Below, one piece after another: positions 37,379 through 50,546 of a DNA stretch of 64,000 nt; position 1 is the stretch's first letter; each line of letters starts with the position of its first letter. The translations under genes were made by a program, and so were the position numbers. Below the pieces are notes generated by a model that saw nothing but the letters and a program-made list of their open reading frames with translations, had not been told where the DNA came from and made no database searches. The stretch lies in NCBI GenBank assembly GCA_013265495.1, contig MU057781.1, forward strand, positions 746,001 to 810,000, read 5' to 3'. This DNA comes from Vicugna vicugna. Lineage: Eukaryota.

Positions 37379-40300
37379 TGAGTTGTGCGCTTGCCTTTCT
37401 GGGGGAAGAAGCCATCCTCACTCCCTCAGGAGGCGGCCCTCCAGTGCCCCGTCCTTGTATGGCTGTTTCTTAACCTTTAGGAAACGTGGTACGAATTTCA
37501 GAGCCTCCTTCAATGACACCGTGTTCTGGGCAGAGGCAGGGCACAGGAGAGGCCCTCCGGTGGGCCTGTGCTTGGCGAGGCGGGGGCAGCGAGGAGGAGG
37601 CGGGGGATGGAGCGGGGGTGGGGGTTAGAGGTGCGGTGAGGGAGGGGTCGCCGGAGCTCGCAGGCTGCTCTTGTCAGCAGGGCTGCCGTTTTGGATTTTA
37701 TCCTGAACTAGGCAGGAAGGCGCAGAGGGTTTGGACGGAGGGGGTGGAATTTGACCTGGCTTTGAGGTCACTCTGAGCGGAGGGGTCAGAGTGGCCACGG
37801 GGAGGCCAGTTTGGAGGCCACCTTGGCCTCCGAGCAGGGGAGCTGCTGGGGTTCAGGGTGGGTGTAGGCTTGGGAGGGAGGGGGTTGTCTAAGGTGACCC
37901 CCGTGGAGCAGCAGAGTCGGGGCTGTGGAAGGCCCTTCATTTGGCTGGACTGAAGCTCACTGTTTTTAAAAGTATTTTTTAAGAAGTGAGTATTTCATCG
38001 CATGTAACAGTAAGAGAAAAATCTCCGTGAACCATTTGTGCATTTTCCAGCCCTACAAGGAAGCAGCTGATTTCTGTAGGCGAGTGGGCACCCTGGCAGG
38101 GCGGGAGCAGAGCCAGGAGCTGTCTTCCTGGGGCCCCTGGGCGCCTCGGGGTCCACAGAGCAGGCCTCCTGTGGTGGGAGGGGTGGTCCCGACCAAGCGG
38201 GGCGCGTCTGCTGAGCCCCGCCCGCCAGCAGCTGCGTGACGGTGGCTGTGCCCTCTCTGGGCCTGCCTCTGCCGAGTGCCCAGCGCGCCCGTGTGCAGGG
38301 CAGGTGGCTGGGGAGGCTCTGCTCTGCAAGGGTCGTCGTCTGCTGCCTTGGGAGCAGTTCAGTGCGTTTGGTCCGCGCTGTTTTAGCTCTGGCACTCCGG
38401 CCCGGACAGTGGTTGCTACTAAGGGGTAAATATAAAGGAGTGTATGTTCTCGTGGGCACTGTTCTTCCTCCTAAAATAAATACATGGTCTCAGATTTTGG
38501 AATTCTTTGATTTTGCCCATCAAAGCCAGCTGCTTAATGTTGTCTAAGATGTAATTTCACATGTGGTTTATAAGCCATTATATCATTAAAACCAGATCTG
38601 TTTGCTGAAGAGCTGAAGCGTACTCATTAGAAATTTTAAGTAATTCTGGGCTTATTAAAAACCTTAAACTTTCCAAAAAGCCTAATGGAAACAATGCTCC
38701 CTCTTCTCGGTGTCTTGGATGTGCAAGCTTGCTAGTGGGGAGGGAGGATTAAGGAAAGACCGCCAGTATCTGTGCCTCCTTAGGGAGTCAACTCGAATCC
38801 AGTGTGTAGGGGTGTGTGTTCAGTGGGAGTCAGTGAAATGGAATGATCGACGGCTTACTGATAGTATTTAAGGGACCAGCATTTATGGGTTTATCACTTC
38901 AAGTGTACATAGTAATATTTTAATCTATTAACTATATAAGGTGGGAAAATGCCCTGTACACTTTCAGGTTAATGGTTGGCCAACATGCCCCCTCCCCTGC
39001 CAGCAGACAGACGGGTGGGCTGGAACGTCCTTGGCTTGGAGAAAGGCGTGCGGGGAGGCTGGGGGCACTTGGCTGCCTGCAGACCCTGGCGAAGGCCCTT
39101 AGAGGAGCAGGCGCCGACCCCTCCGCTGTCTCTGTTAGCACAGTTAAAAGGGGGCTAAGCCAGGGACAGTGGATGTAACACTGTGTAAATAATTTGCCTT
39201 TGTGTTTATCAAGGACAGCTTAATTCACAAAGTGTACTTTTTGAAAACTTCAAGTAATAAGAATCCAAGAAAGTAAAGGGAAGGAAATTCTTTCCCTCAG
39301 GGGACCTGGTTTTCCTCGGGCCGCCGATCCATAAGTTAAGCGTAGTTTGAATGCTTACTGGAGCGCTCGACTTTGTGTCTGTGAAATTGTATTTTCTCCT
39401 TTCAAATCTCGGGGACGCTGGTGGGCTGTGCTGTTGAATTTTCATTTCTTCCCCTTCCAAGGCATAATGAGCCTGGACGGCCTCTCCCCCAGCCAGAACG
39501 TCCCGCGTGGGGGCACTTGTAGGAGGCTGGCTGTGTGCAGCTCTTCCTGAGCCGTGCTTTTTGGGGAAGGAAAGCTGAGGGTGTGGGCCCGAGATACATT
39601 CCAGCCCCCTTTGTTCCCGGTGGTTTCGGGGCCCAGAGGGCCCAGGAGAAGGGAAAAGGCAGGTGGGGGCTTCTCTCTCCAGAGCAGGGGTGAGAGAGGA
39701 GGCCACCGTGTCCGGCGGGGCGGGTGTGGGGTGTTGTGGGGAGGCTGTCCCTGGAGATTGAGGGGTGCGGCGTTTGAGGATTCTCCAGTCTGTCGGCAAA
39801 GCCTGGGGCGGAGCAGGGCCGGGGAGGGGCCAGGGGCCAGGGTCCTGCCTCTGCCTGGGCGCCCCGTGGGAGGGGCCATCCCACCCCAGGCTGAACACCA
39901 GGAAGCCAGGTGTCTTTTCACACCTGGTTTTAGCTGGTGATCCCTGAAAGGGAGGGAGAAAGAGAAACAGATCATTAACGTGATGGAGTCTCGGAAATGG
40001 GAAAAACAAAAGCAGCAGAGTAAGAGGTGCGAGAGGGGCTTTCATGTGAAAGGTTTACCTTCCGTCCTCAGTGGAGGGTTGTTACTGGGTGCCTTCCACC
40101 TCGCGGGTGCAGCCCTGGCACGCTGTTTGCTGGAGTTTGTGGTGGATATAGTAGATACAAGTGAAAGAAGAGATCCTCCGTCACGTACTTGGAGAGGCAC
40201 GCCTTGGACCGCGTTTCCTTTGTGACGTCAGGGGGCGCCCGGCACACACCTCACCTCTCAGCAGGGCGGACGTTCTGCGCAGCAGCAGGTCCCCCAGACG

Positions 40301-40672
40301 TCCTCACGTCCCTGTTCCCGGACGGGGAGACGGCGCCCCGCGGATGAGCAGCATCTGGAGACCCTGTGGTGCTCACCACTTGGGGAGGGAGCCTCTGGTG
40401 GGGTGAGGCCAGGAAGCTGCCAGACGCCCCACAGGGCGTGCCCTCCCCCAGCAAAGAAGTGCTGGTCCCGCGTGTCAGCAGTGCCGAGGCCCAGCCCAGC
40501 CCGGAGCAGAGACGAGGCCCTGCCGCGGGCTGTGGAGGCTGGGCGGACGGCTGTGCGCGCGGTGGGGCTGCCCCCAGAGAGACGGCGGATGGAGGAGTCT
40601 GACAGCGTGTTTTAGGGATGGCTGTTTGATTTTCTGCTTTTTCAATTACTTGTCTTTTGTTTTGTTTTAAAG

Positions 40673-40731
40673 GCATCTGAAAACTTTGCTTTTAGAAAGA
40701 AATCCTATCAAAATGTTACCTGTGGAGCTGG
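40673..40731 (+). CDS. LRRC27: LRRC27 coding exon 3 (LRR), 59 nt
   Basis: HLKTLLLERNPIKMLPVELG is identical to the recalled human peptide. Acceptor ttttgttttaaag; donor G|GTAAGT. Too short to appear in the ORF track. Confidence 0.95.
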
Positions 40732-41409
40732 GTAAGTGTTAAAACAATAAAATAAAAGGTGGTATTAAACGTGGCCTTCTGAAGTTACCCGAGCCTGTAA
40801 TGGGTCATCGGGCGTGTTGCAGCGGGGGAGGCCAGATGACGCCTGAACTCCCTGCACGCCTGTCCTCCCCAGGCCCTGAGGTGACGCGGCTCTCCAGGGC
40901 CGTTACTGTCACAACACACGTCCTGCGTGCGAGGCGTGGTGTGTACAGGGAACAGGACAGGCGGAGCCCCTGTGCCTGGTTCTCAGGGAAGGTCAGCATC
41001 ACCTGTACCTCCGTGGGCCCAGGGGTTCCCCTCTCTGCCTCCCTCCCTCCCTGCCTCAGCCAGGTGACTTCTGTTCGTCCTTCTCTGCTTTGAGAGCTTT
41101 ACCACTTACTGCCCCAAATAAAACGTTTAAAGGTCCTTCATTTTGACCTTTGTCTGAGTTGTGTTGCTCCATTACTCCTGGTGACCTGGCGTTTGGGGCT
41201 CAGCACCGAGTTTCTGAGGTTCATCCATGTGGACGTGGGTGCCTGTGGTGTCTTCACTTCTGTTCCTTTCAGGGAGGAGGAGGAAGACGATTCGCTCTGT
41301 CCTGCATCAGTTTTGTCTCATCGACTTCAGCTGTCTGTTGTCTCTATGTTCTCGAGGCTTGATTTGCTATTCTTCTTTCTAACTTAGATCATTGATTTTA
41401 AATTTTCTC

Positions 41410-41496
41410 TTTTTTTTTCAGTGGGGGTCCTAGGGGTTGAACCCAGAACCTCGTGTGTGCTAAGCATGTGCTCTACCCCTGAACTAGACCCTCCCC
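41410..41496 (-). mobile_element. tRNA-derived SINE (Vic-1-like, short)
   Basis: Reverse complement reads ggggagggtctagttcaggggtagagcacatgcttagcacacacgaggttctgggttcaacccctagg...aaaa. Degenerate TSD tagatcattgatttt / tagatcgctggtttt. Confidence 0.82.
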
Positions 41497-43051
41497 CTAG
41501 ATCGCTGGTTTTCGATCTTTCTTTTCTAATCTGTCAGTTGCAACTCTGGCTTCCCTCAGTGCTGCCTGGGCTTCATCCTGAAGTTCCGACGAGCGGTGTT
41601 TCCATCATTCAGCTCAGGTGTTTTCTCATGTCCACTGACCTGTGGGCTCTGTAGAAGTTTTGCTTAATTTACTGACGGCGAGCGATGTTCTAGTCTCTCT
41701 GCTACTGAGTTCTAACTTGGCACCACGCAGGCTGTGTGGTTCTGGGCATTTGACACTTGCTGGGACTTGCCTTCTGGCCCAGGATGTGTTCTGTCTGGTA
41801 AACGGACCTGCACTTGAGAAGGATGTGCGTTCTCAAGTTAACTGCTGTAAAGGTCTGCACATTCGGCTAGGCCAGCTGGCTAAAACGGTGTTCACGTGAT
41901 CTCGCTTGAGTTTTGTCTGTTTATTTGGTCGGTTACCCGGAGAGGGTGCGCAAGTCCTCCACCGTGGTTGTGCTCTGTCCGCCATTCCTTTTACATCCAT
42001 CGACTTCGCTTGATATATTTTGATTCTGTGTTACTGTTTGAATAAAACGTTAACGGCTTTACGTTTTCCTGTTATTTTTGCTTTTCTGGCGTGTGCGGTG
42101 GTACTGTGTGTAGCTTCCGCATGCATTCTCTGATGGCCGGTGGCATGGCCTCTCCCCGCGCACACTGGCCCCAGGCGTGTCTGAGCGCCGTGCACGCCTC
42201 CGCGCGCCGTGGCTGGTGCACGGGTTCAGTCTCTCACTGTCGCCCTCTGTGTCCGACTTGTCTCCTGCAGAGCTTTGCTAGTGGGCGGGGTACGGTCAGG
42301 GCTCGCGCTTCTGTTTCCTGATGGTCTCTGCCTTTTAATTGAAGTGTGTAGTCCTTCAGCTTTACTGTAATTATTGGTAGGGATGGGTTCAGGGCCACCG
42401 TTTCGCTCTTTGTCTTGCTTTTCTGTGTTTCTCCGCTTCTTCTAACTACCTTCGTGTTGGTTGCGTGTTCTTTAGATTTCTCTTCTAAGTTTTTATTGGC
42501 TTTTAGCTTTTACGTTCTGTTAATGGTTTAATGGCGGCTCTCAGGGTTACAGCGCTCACCCATAGCGTTAGGCTGCGCCGCCTCACAGGAAGCGCACCCA
42601 CCTGTGACCAGTGGGCCACATCCCTCCCTCCCTGTGCAGCGGCCGTCCTGCACGCCGCGGCTGCCTGTCTTGTGAACCCACGGGGCAGGACGGCTGTCTT
42701 TGTCTCCAGCAGTCACGTATGTTTTTTAAAAACTAAGAGGGCAAGAAGCCGTTTCCTTTTACTCAGCACTCGGCGCTCCTGGTGCTCCTCGTTCTTGCCT
42801 GAAGACCCCAGGTTCCGTCCGGCATCATCTTCCTTCAGCCTGAAGAACTTGCCTTGGGATTTCTTAAATCACTCTGCTGGCAAAGAAGTCGTTTAAATTT
42901 TCTGAAAATGTCTTCATTTTGTCTTAAGTTTTAAAGGGTGTTTCTCATGTAGAAGTATGAGTTGAATTTTTATGTCCAGGACTTTAAAGACGTCCTCCTG
43001 TCACTGGGCCTCCGATGTCCTCTGTGTGACAGGTGTTGATTATCGCAATGA

Positions 43052-43269
43052 CAGTTGACCCTTGAACGACGTGGGGGGGTGGGGCCCCGACCCACCCGAG
43101 TGTGCAGTTGGAAGTCTGAGCACAGCTTTGCAGTCAGCCCTCCAAGTCCACAGTTCTGAACCCATGGATTCAACCAGCCACCGACCGTGTCGTACCACAG
43201 TGCGTGTTTACTGGAAAAAATCACGTGTGTGAGGACTCACGCGGCTCAAGCCTGTGTTGAGGGTCAGCG
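43052..43269. mobile_element. Tigger2-derived MITE (MER8/Tigger2a-like)
   Basis: Terminal inverted repeats cagttgacccttgaac...gttgagggtcagcg followed by TA; internal catggattcaaccagcc. Confidence 0.8.
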
Positions 43270-43754
43270 TAGTCTTAAGGCTTCCCTGTGTCTTTGCTTT
43301 TCAGCAGTGTGACTGTGATATACCCAGGCGGCGGCATCTTTGTCTTTATCTTGCTGGGAGTTAGTTGAGTTTATTCGGTTTTTGAACTCGTATCTTTTGC
43401 CAAATTTGGGAGATATGTTGGTCACTGTTTCTTCAAGTATTTCTCTGCTGCTTCTCTCCCTTTTCACCTGCACGCTAGACCTTTGGTTACTGTCCTGCAG
43501 GTCCCTGAGGCTCTGCACGCTTTGAAAGGTCCTTTTTACGTTCTTCAGAGAAGATAGACGCGTGCCATCGCGGTCACGAGTCTGCCTCGTCACCTCCAGC
43601 TGCCCTGGGAGGGCGTTTGGGTAATGTGTCTTCAGGCGCGGTGCTTTCAGGCCTGGGACTTTCACACTGAAAACAGTAGCTCCCGTTTTTCTGCTGAGAG
43701 CTCTCATTTTTCCACTTGGTACAAACAGGTTTCCTTGAGCGTAATTCTAAGAGC

Positions 43755-44100
43755 TGCCTGGGCCAGAGCTGCCACAGACGGGCGGCTCAGACAACGGAAC
43801 CGACTTCCTCACGGTCGTGGAGGCTGCGGATCCAGGATCGAGGTGCCCGGGGGTTCGGCTTCTCTGGAGGCCTCACTCCTTGGCTTGCAGGCGGCTCCTT
43901 CTCGCTGTGTCCTCACATGTCTGTCCCCTGTGCACACGTGTCCCCGGTGTGTCTTCCTCTTCCCTGAGGGACACCGGTCGGGCTGGATCAGGTCCCGCCC
44001 CGCAGGCTCATTCTAACTTGGTCTGTAAGGGCTCACCGCAGATACAGAGGTGTCTTGAGGTACTGGGTGTCAGGACTTCGGGGGGTTTGATTAAGCCCGA
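43755..44100 (-). mobile_element. MLT1A/B-like MaLR LTR
   Basis: cctcacggtcgtggaggctgcggatccaggatcgaggtg...ggcttgcaggcggctccttctcgctgtgtcctcacatg...gaggtactgggtgtcaggacttc. Confidence 0.8.
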
Positions 44101-46808
44101 AACAGCTGTGCCGCTCTGGCCTGCTGACTTGGCTTACCGCAGGGTGTTCTGTGCTGTTTGCTCTTCTCTCAAACATGGGTCGTGTTTTCCTGTTTCTCCA
44201 CGCACCCAGTGATTTGGGGCTGTGTCCTGGACGTTGTGATGGATGCGCGCAGAGATGCTGGCTTCTGTTCTGTTCCTCTCTAGAGTGCGGAGTTTTTAAA
44301 AACGAGTAGCTAGATTGAGGGGACTGACCCCAGGCTCTGCCTCCCTGCGGTGAGTGGCAGGTGGCATCCCGCTGGGCTCCCACAGCCGAGGCCGCACTGC
44401 TTGGTGGTCTGTCCCTGCGCCTGCAGCTCAGACCCTGCACAACTGCGTGCACAAGGCAGGGCTCCCCCTGTCATCCTCTTCCTCTGGCCTGCACCCCTTC
44501 CTGCTTTCGCTCTGAAGGCCGTCCTGGGCCCTGCAAGTCATCACGGCCGTGCAGGTTTCTCTCTGTGTTGTGCGGGCGGCAGTTGGGGCCTTCGCTCACA
44601 GGAAGCCCCCCAGACCCGGCCTCGTCTCCGCCATCCCCGCCCGGCGCTGTGGCCCCGCTGGCTCCACCTGCTGTCATAGCCCTCCTGCCCGCAGGTGCTC
44701 GTGTTCGCTCCGGCCCCTCGTTGTCTGCAGGGAGCCGGTCTGGCTGGCGCGCCGGCACACCCAGCACTGTGGGGGCGCAGCCCCGCGCGCCGTCTGTGCC
44801 GGCGTTTCCGTGCTTCTCTGGGGCGGCGTGTGCGCCCTTGGCTCTCTCCCACCCGCCTGAGCTGAAGGCTGCTCTTACCGCTTCCCAGACGGAGACCTGT
44901 GCAGGCTCTTTGCCCTGCTGCCGCCTCCCTGCCTTCTGTGCTGCTGTTCTCGTGGATTTTGCTTTTACGTGAGTTTGTGAATCCAGGAGGCGCTTTATAA
45001 AGTGTTTGTTTCCTCGCGTGTTCACCATTCCGGGTTCCTCGTTTCTTCTTGAAGTTTCGCGCTTCCATCTGGGACGACTGCTCGGCCTGAAGGCCTGCCC
45101 TTCGTGCTGTCGTCGAGTCTGCGGGCAGTGAGTCACGGCAGGTCTTCCCTTCAATTTTGAAGGGCGTTCTGGCTGCGTGTGCAGGAGTCTAGATTTTGGG
45201 GGATCATTCACTATTTTAAAAATGTCTTTATCGTCTCTTGACTTGCGTTGTCTGTTGAGAAGTCAGCTGCAGTCTCACTGCGAGTCGTTCACAAGCAACG
45301 CGTCTTTTTCCTCCAGCTTCTTTCAAATGCTTCCTTTTGTTCAATTTTCAGCACTTTGTCTGTGAGGTGCCTGGGTGTGGTTTTCCTTGTGTCCACTTTG
45401 CTGGACTTCGCTGAGCTCCTTGACTCTGTTTGTTCATGTCTGTCGTCAGACTTGGGAAACTCCTGCCAACTGGCTTTTTTCCTGTGACTTGGGTCTTCCT
45501 CGCCGTCTTTCCCTCACATTCTGAGACTGCAGTTCCCTGTGTGCTAAGACTTGGATCCTGCCTCCGATGCCCCGGACCCTCCCTTGTCCCCCCGGCCTCT
45601 CTCTGCTCCCGTTTGTGCTGCTCTCTGCTGCCTGCCTTTGCGCGCACAGCTCCTGTCCTCTGCTGTGTCCAGGCTCGCTGCTGAGCGCACCTGCTCGGTT
45701 CAGTGGCCCTCAGCTGGGCTGGAGACTGTGTGTGTGTGTTGGGGGTGGGGGGCTGGGAGATAATCAATAGCTCATTTTTCATCGTTAGGGCTGGTTTGCG
45801 TTCTCTGAGTTGGCTCTGGAGTGTCTTCATTTCACCTGTAACTTGAAGGTCGGTTTTGCTGGGTCCAGAGGCTTGAAGAGCAGGGTTCCCAGCACCTTGA
45901 GCCGCTGTTCCACTGTCTTCCGGCCGCCATTGTTTTGGACAGAAAGTCAGCTGTTGATCTTGCTGTCGGTCCTTTTATTTGACGACTTGTTTTCAAAATC
46001 CTTTCTCTTCTTTGTCTTTCAGTAATTCGACTGCGATTTTTCTAAGTGTGAACCCCTTTAAGCTTCTTAAACATATACATTAGTGCTTATCATCGAACCT
46101 GGGTGTTTTGGCCGTGGTTTCCGCAGGCGTCCTGTCTGCTCCTTCCGCCCCCTCCCACCTGGCTACCTGTGGGTTCCGTCACCTGCTCGCGCTTGTCCCT
46201 CAGGTCTCGGAGCCGCTGCGCCTGCTGTGATCTCTTCTCTCTGGTCTTCAGATCAGGTGATGCTTCTTTCCGCATCTCGCGTCTGTGCTGCGTCCCACGA
46301 GTGAGTGTCCACCTCCGTCTTTGTGAGTTTCAGCTTCAGAGCTGCTTTCGGTTGGTTTTGTTTGCTTGTTTTCAGCTTCCGTGTCTGCTGGCATTCTGCC
46401 GTCGTTGAGTTATCGTAACTGTGTTTCCCTTTAACCGTTTAAGTAGATTGGTTTTTTTTTTAATTTCTTTGAACATACTTGTAGTGACTGCTTTGAGCTC
46501 TTTGTTGGCTAAATTCAGCCTCTGGGCTGCTTGTCCCTGAGTGTGGGTCCCACCCCCCTTTGCTCTGGCCGGTAGGGACTCCTGTTGTTGAAAAGAGGCC
46601 TTCAGAGAGTGTACGACGGTAGCTTTGTGTTTTGGTTTTTACCTGAGGGCTGTTGCTTGTTCTGTTTATTTATTGCTTTTCTTTTAGTTGTTGAACTTTG
46701 TAACTGCCCTGGTCTTCGTCTACAGGGCGGTTGGTTTTTTTCTTAAGCAAATTTCAGACATTTGTCATTAACATTTCACCCCAGATTCTCAACAGGCTTT
46801 TTTCTTAG

Positions 46809-47063
<255 letters not shown>

Positions 47064-49185
47064 TAAAGCTGAAGTTAGAGCTTTCTAGAACCAGGGCTCC
47101 GAGGAGCCTGTCTTCTCTCCATTAACGACCGAGCATTTCCAGGTTTTCAACATGGTGGCCAACTAGCCAGACACTTTCAAATACTCATAACATAATTGAC
47201 CTTGAAAGGCATTATGGTTATACTTAAAGTAAACTAGAGCTAAAGGAGAGCTGTGATTGAACGTGCACCAGAAAGGTAAGCATTCTGAACGTCGACTTCA
47301 GAATGTCTGAACCTGTACTACTTAAGACGTAGCTCCTGCAGTGAAGGCAGCGCACACACCCGAGTCAGCCAGCCAGGCTGGTCATGTGTGCAACGCCACG
47401 TGAGTGTGTGACCAGTGGCTGTCTTGCTAAGATGAGCAGCAGCAGCCAGCGTGATCAGGAAGTGATGATGCGTGCACTTCGTCTGGTCCTGAACCCGAGC
47501 AGGTGGCTCAGGAGTGCGTCATGGGAAGAGCTGACTATGTTGTAAATGGTCTCAGCCTGTGCCCCTGAGAAACGGCTCCTGACTCAAGGGCCAGTGGTTG
47601 ATGTGGGGGGAAATGCCATGGAGGCACGAGAGATGGAGGAGGGGGGCGGCACGGTTCGCCCCTGACACCGGCACTTCCTCCTGCGGGGGCTCCGAGATGC
47701 AGTGCGGCCCCGCTGGGCCTCACCTGGTCACATCCAGCCTCTCGGCGTGGCCCAGATCTGCTGAGTCGGCCCGTGCATTTCATGAGGTCCCTGTGGATTC
47801 TGTGCACAGTGGCGTCTGAGAAGGGCTGGTGCTGGGGTAGGCCCGGGGGTTGCCCCGCTTGGGTGAGGGTTCGGGCCGACACCTGCTCCAGCACCAGTGA
47901 TGCTTTGTTGGTGGGGCCTCTCCTGGTGGTGAGCACGTGGTTCTCCAGCCCTGCGGACCTGCCTCCTTGTGCCAGAGAAGGTGCTCAGGGACAGAGACAC
48001 GGGCGCCCGCGCACTGGGGACAGCGGAGGCCGAGGGCACGGGCCGGGTGCCAGCAGTCTGCTCCGTGCACTCGATGCACTGTTGTGAATCATGAGTTTCC
48101 TGGGTTGCTAAGGAACTCTCCTAGGCTTATGTTTATCTCTTAATTGTAGATCAGAATTTAACGTCATTACTCAGAAAGGGTGTCCAGGGACAAAGTTTCT
48201 CTCTTTCCAATTTGAGCCCAAAGCCAGAAAGGAGGTGTCGCCATGTGACCTGTCTTGGGGATGCAGGAGGTGGGCACAGGGGAGGCACTTCCGGTCACTC
48301 CCTCGGGGTAGATCCGTGGATGGGATATTTGAGTCTGGTCCTAAAGGAAAGGACATTCCTGGCAGAGGAGCCAGCAGGTTGAGAGACTGTCCGCCGGGAA
48401 CGAGCTGCCATGTTTGAGGAGGAGGCCGTGGGCCTGGGGCAGAGCCGCCCGGGGGGCCTGGCCGTGAGGTCAGGTTGCTGTTGGCAGAGGACCCTGGCCC
48501 TGGGCCGTGGCCAGGACTCGGGCGTCCCCCAGGAGGAATGGAGGCTTGGGGAGGGGACCATGCAGGGCAGGGCAGACCAGTTCACGTTTAGGTCACGCCG
48601 GCTGCTTGTTTGAAGGCATCGCCAGAGGCAGGGGCGGCAGCCGGGCTGGCGAGGAGGAGGTGGAGGGAGAGGACGGGCAGACAGAGCGCGTGCCCTTTGG
48701 AGGTGGAGCCAACAGCCTCGCCGGCAGACAGGGTGTGGGCACGGGGACGAGGACAGCCTAGGGGGGCTCACAGCTCTGACCTGAGCAGTTGAGTGGGTGC
48801 TTGAATGGAGGCGGACAGGTCCGGTACAGAACCAGGTGGCCGATCCAGGTGGTGGATGCTGGCTGTGCGTGCACCCATGCTGGCTGCCTGTCTGGAGTCC
48901 GGTGGCCCTGCAGAGCTGGGCTTGCAGTACAGACGAGGCGCTGTCGGCGGTGCACATGCCTGAAGGCGGGGCAGCAGGGGTCACCTGGAGAGCGATGTGG
49001 GTGCTCGGCCGGAGCCCGGGGCACTCGGACACTCGGAGGTGGACGGAGGAGGGAGAGCCCGCGGAGGGACGGCTGAGAGATGGGAGGCGAGGCCATGTGC
49101 GGAGGTGGGAGCGGTGGGAGCGGTGGGGGCTGTGTTGAAGTGCAGTTTATGGAGCAGGCGTTTTGTTCCCTGTCGACGTCCCCAG

Positions 49186-49549
49186 TGACAGAGACGACCA
49201 GAGGTGAACCGTCGCCTCCCCTGGCGGCTGTGTCCCAAGAGCGTGTGCCTAACAGAGGACCCGCCGCTTCCCAGGCGCCGGTGGGAAGCGGGCGCCCAGC
49301 AGAGGCAGACTTGCTCCCCTCTGTTGAAAAGCTGGGCCTGAGTGAGCTGGGACGGTCCGCCGACTCGTTGGAAGACTGGCCGAGCGAGGAGGAAATCCAG
49401 CGTTTCTGGAAGCTGCGGCAGGAGATCGTGGAGAACGAGCAGGCGGGGGTTCGGGAGAACCAGCTGCTGCCCGTGGAGCTGCCCCCAAACCTCAAGGCCG
49501 CGCTGAGCGCCAAGGAGAAGCCACGCCCTGACCCGAGACCCGCGTTCAG
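49186..49549 (+). CDS. LRRC27: LRRC27 coding exon 5 (acceptor uncertain: 49186 or 49192)
   Basis: Contains SADSLEDWPSEEEIQRFWKLRQEIVE...ELPPNLKAAL, matching the recalled human sequence. Donor TTCAG|GTAAAG. The first phase-compatible AG after the pyrimidine tract is at 49184-49185. Confidence 0.88.
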
Positions 49550-49762
49550 GTAAAGTCTGAGCGCAAAGGTGTGTCTTCTCCATCTGGGCAAAGTTGTGCT
49601 GTTCTTGTGATGATCTTGTGAAGCATCAGGTAGACGTGCGTCCACACTGCAGTGTCTGTCACGCAGCAGGTGCCGGCCCTGGTGTAGGGTCCATGTTAGC
49701 CGAACACGGGGGCCAGGAAACAGGCTCAGAGGAAGAGATTGCACGAGAGAAAACCTCAAATC

Positions 49763-49765
<3 letters not shown>

Positions 49766-49795
<30 letters not shown>
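49766..49795 (+). repeat. (TG)15 microsatellite
   Basis: Perfect TG run. Confidence 0.95.
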
Positions 49796-49796
<1 letters not shown>

Positions 49797-50546
49797 TGCA
49801 CACATGTGTGGATGTATGTCAAGAGAGAACACATGTTGGTGGAGGGCGACGTCATGTCCAGGGGCACAGAACTTGGCTCTTGGGGTCTGGCAGAATCTTA
49901 GCGGTCACTCTGGCCTGTGGCCCTGCGGACGGCGTGAACACCCGTCCCGCGTGTCTGTGGTAGAACCTGCGGAGGGGCTGTGGGGAGGGGCCCATCGGAA
50001 GGCCGGGGTCGGCAGCATCGACAGCCAGATGTAGGAGCTGTGACCTGCACGAGAGGTGTTCAGGTGTTTTTTGCACTATTGTTTCACCTGTTCCCTAGAT
50101 TTGAAACATTTTCAAAGTAAAATGCTATTCAGGTGTTATGAACCGGCCGTGGCCCTAGGGGTCCTGGAGGCACACGGAGCAGGTCTCTGGCTGCCCTGGC
50201 CTGCGACGTCCCGGTGCAGGGTCCTGCCGCCTCTGTTGTGAACGGAGGTGGTAACTCATCCAAGTCAGTGCGAGCCTCCCCCCAGCTCGCAGGTTTCACC
50301 CATCCCAGGCGTAGGTCCGCCTGTGGCCTGGCCTGGGGGTGGGACGGAGGCCCTCAGATCTGACCCAGCCCTGCTCAGTGGCCCTGGACGGGGGTACCGT
50401 GGATTTCCGTGGGCGGCTACCATCCTGACTGGCAGGCGGTCCCCGGGCAGCTGGCCCAAAGCCTCGCCCCACTCGGTGTCTGCTCTCTGCCACCTGCCGT
50501 CACTGGCCTGCTCAGAGGTCCGGCTGAAGGCCTGGTGTCACTGCAG

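Larger units (their letters stand above)
41060..46520 (-). mobile_element. Cluster of antisense old L1M fragments in LRRC27 intron
   Basis: T-rich plus strand, e.g. ttttgccaaatttgggagatatgttggtcactgtttcttcaagtattt and ctgttgagaagtcagctg. Interrupted by SINE, Tigger and MLT1 insertions. Confidence 0.75.

Noticed and set aside
48758..49867. 369-aa minus-strand ORF
   Set aside because: Antisense shadow of an LRRC27 exon and includes the (TG)n repeat.
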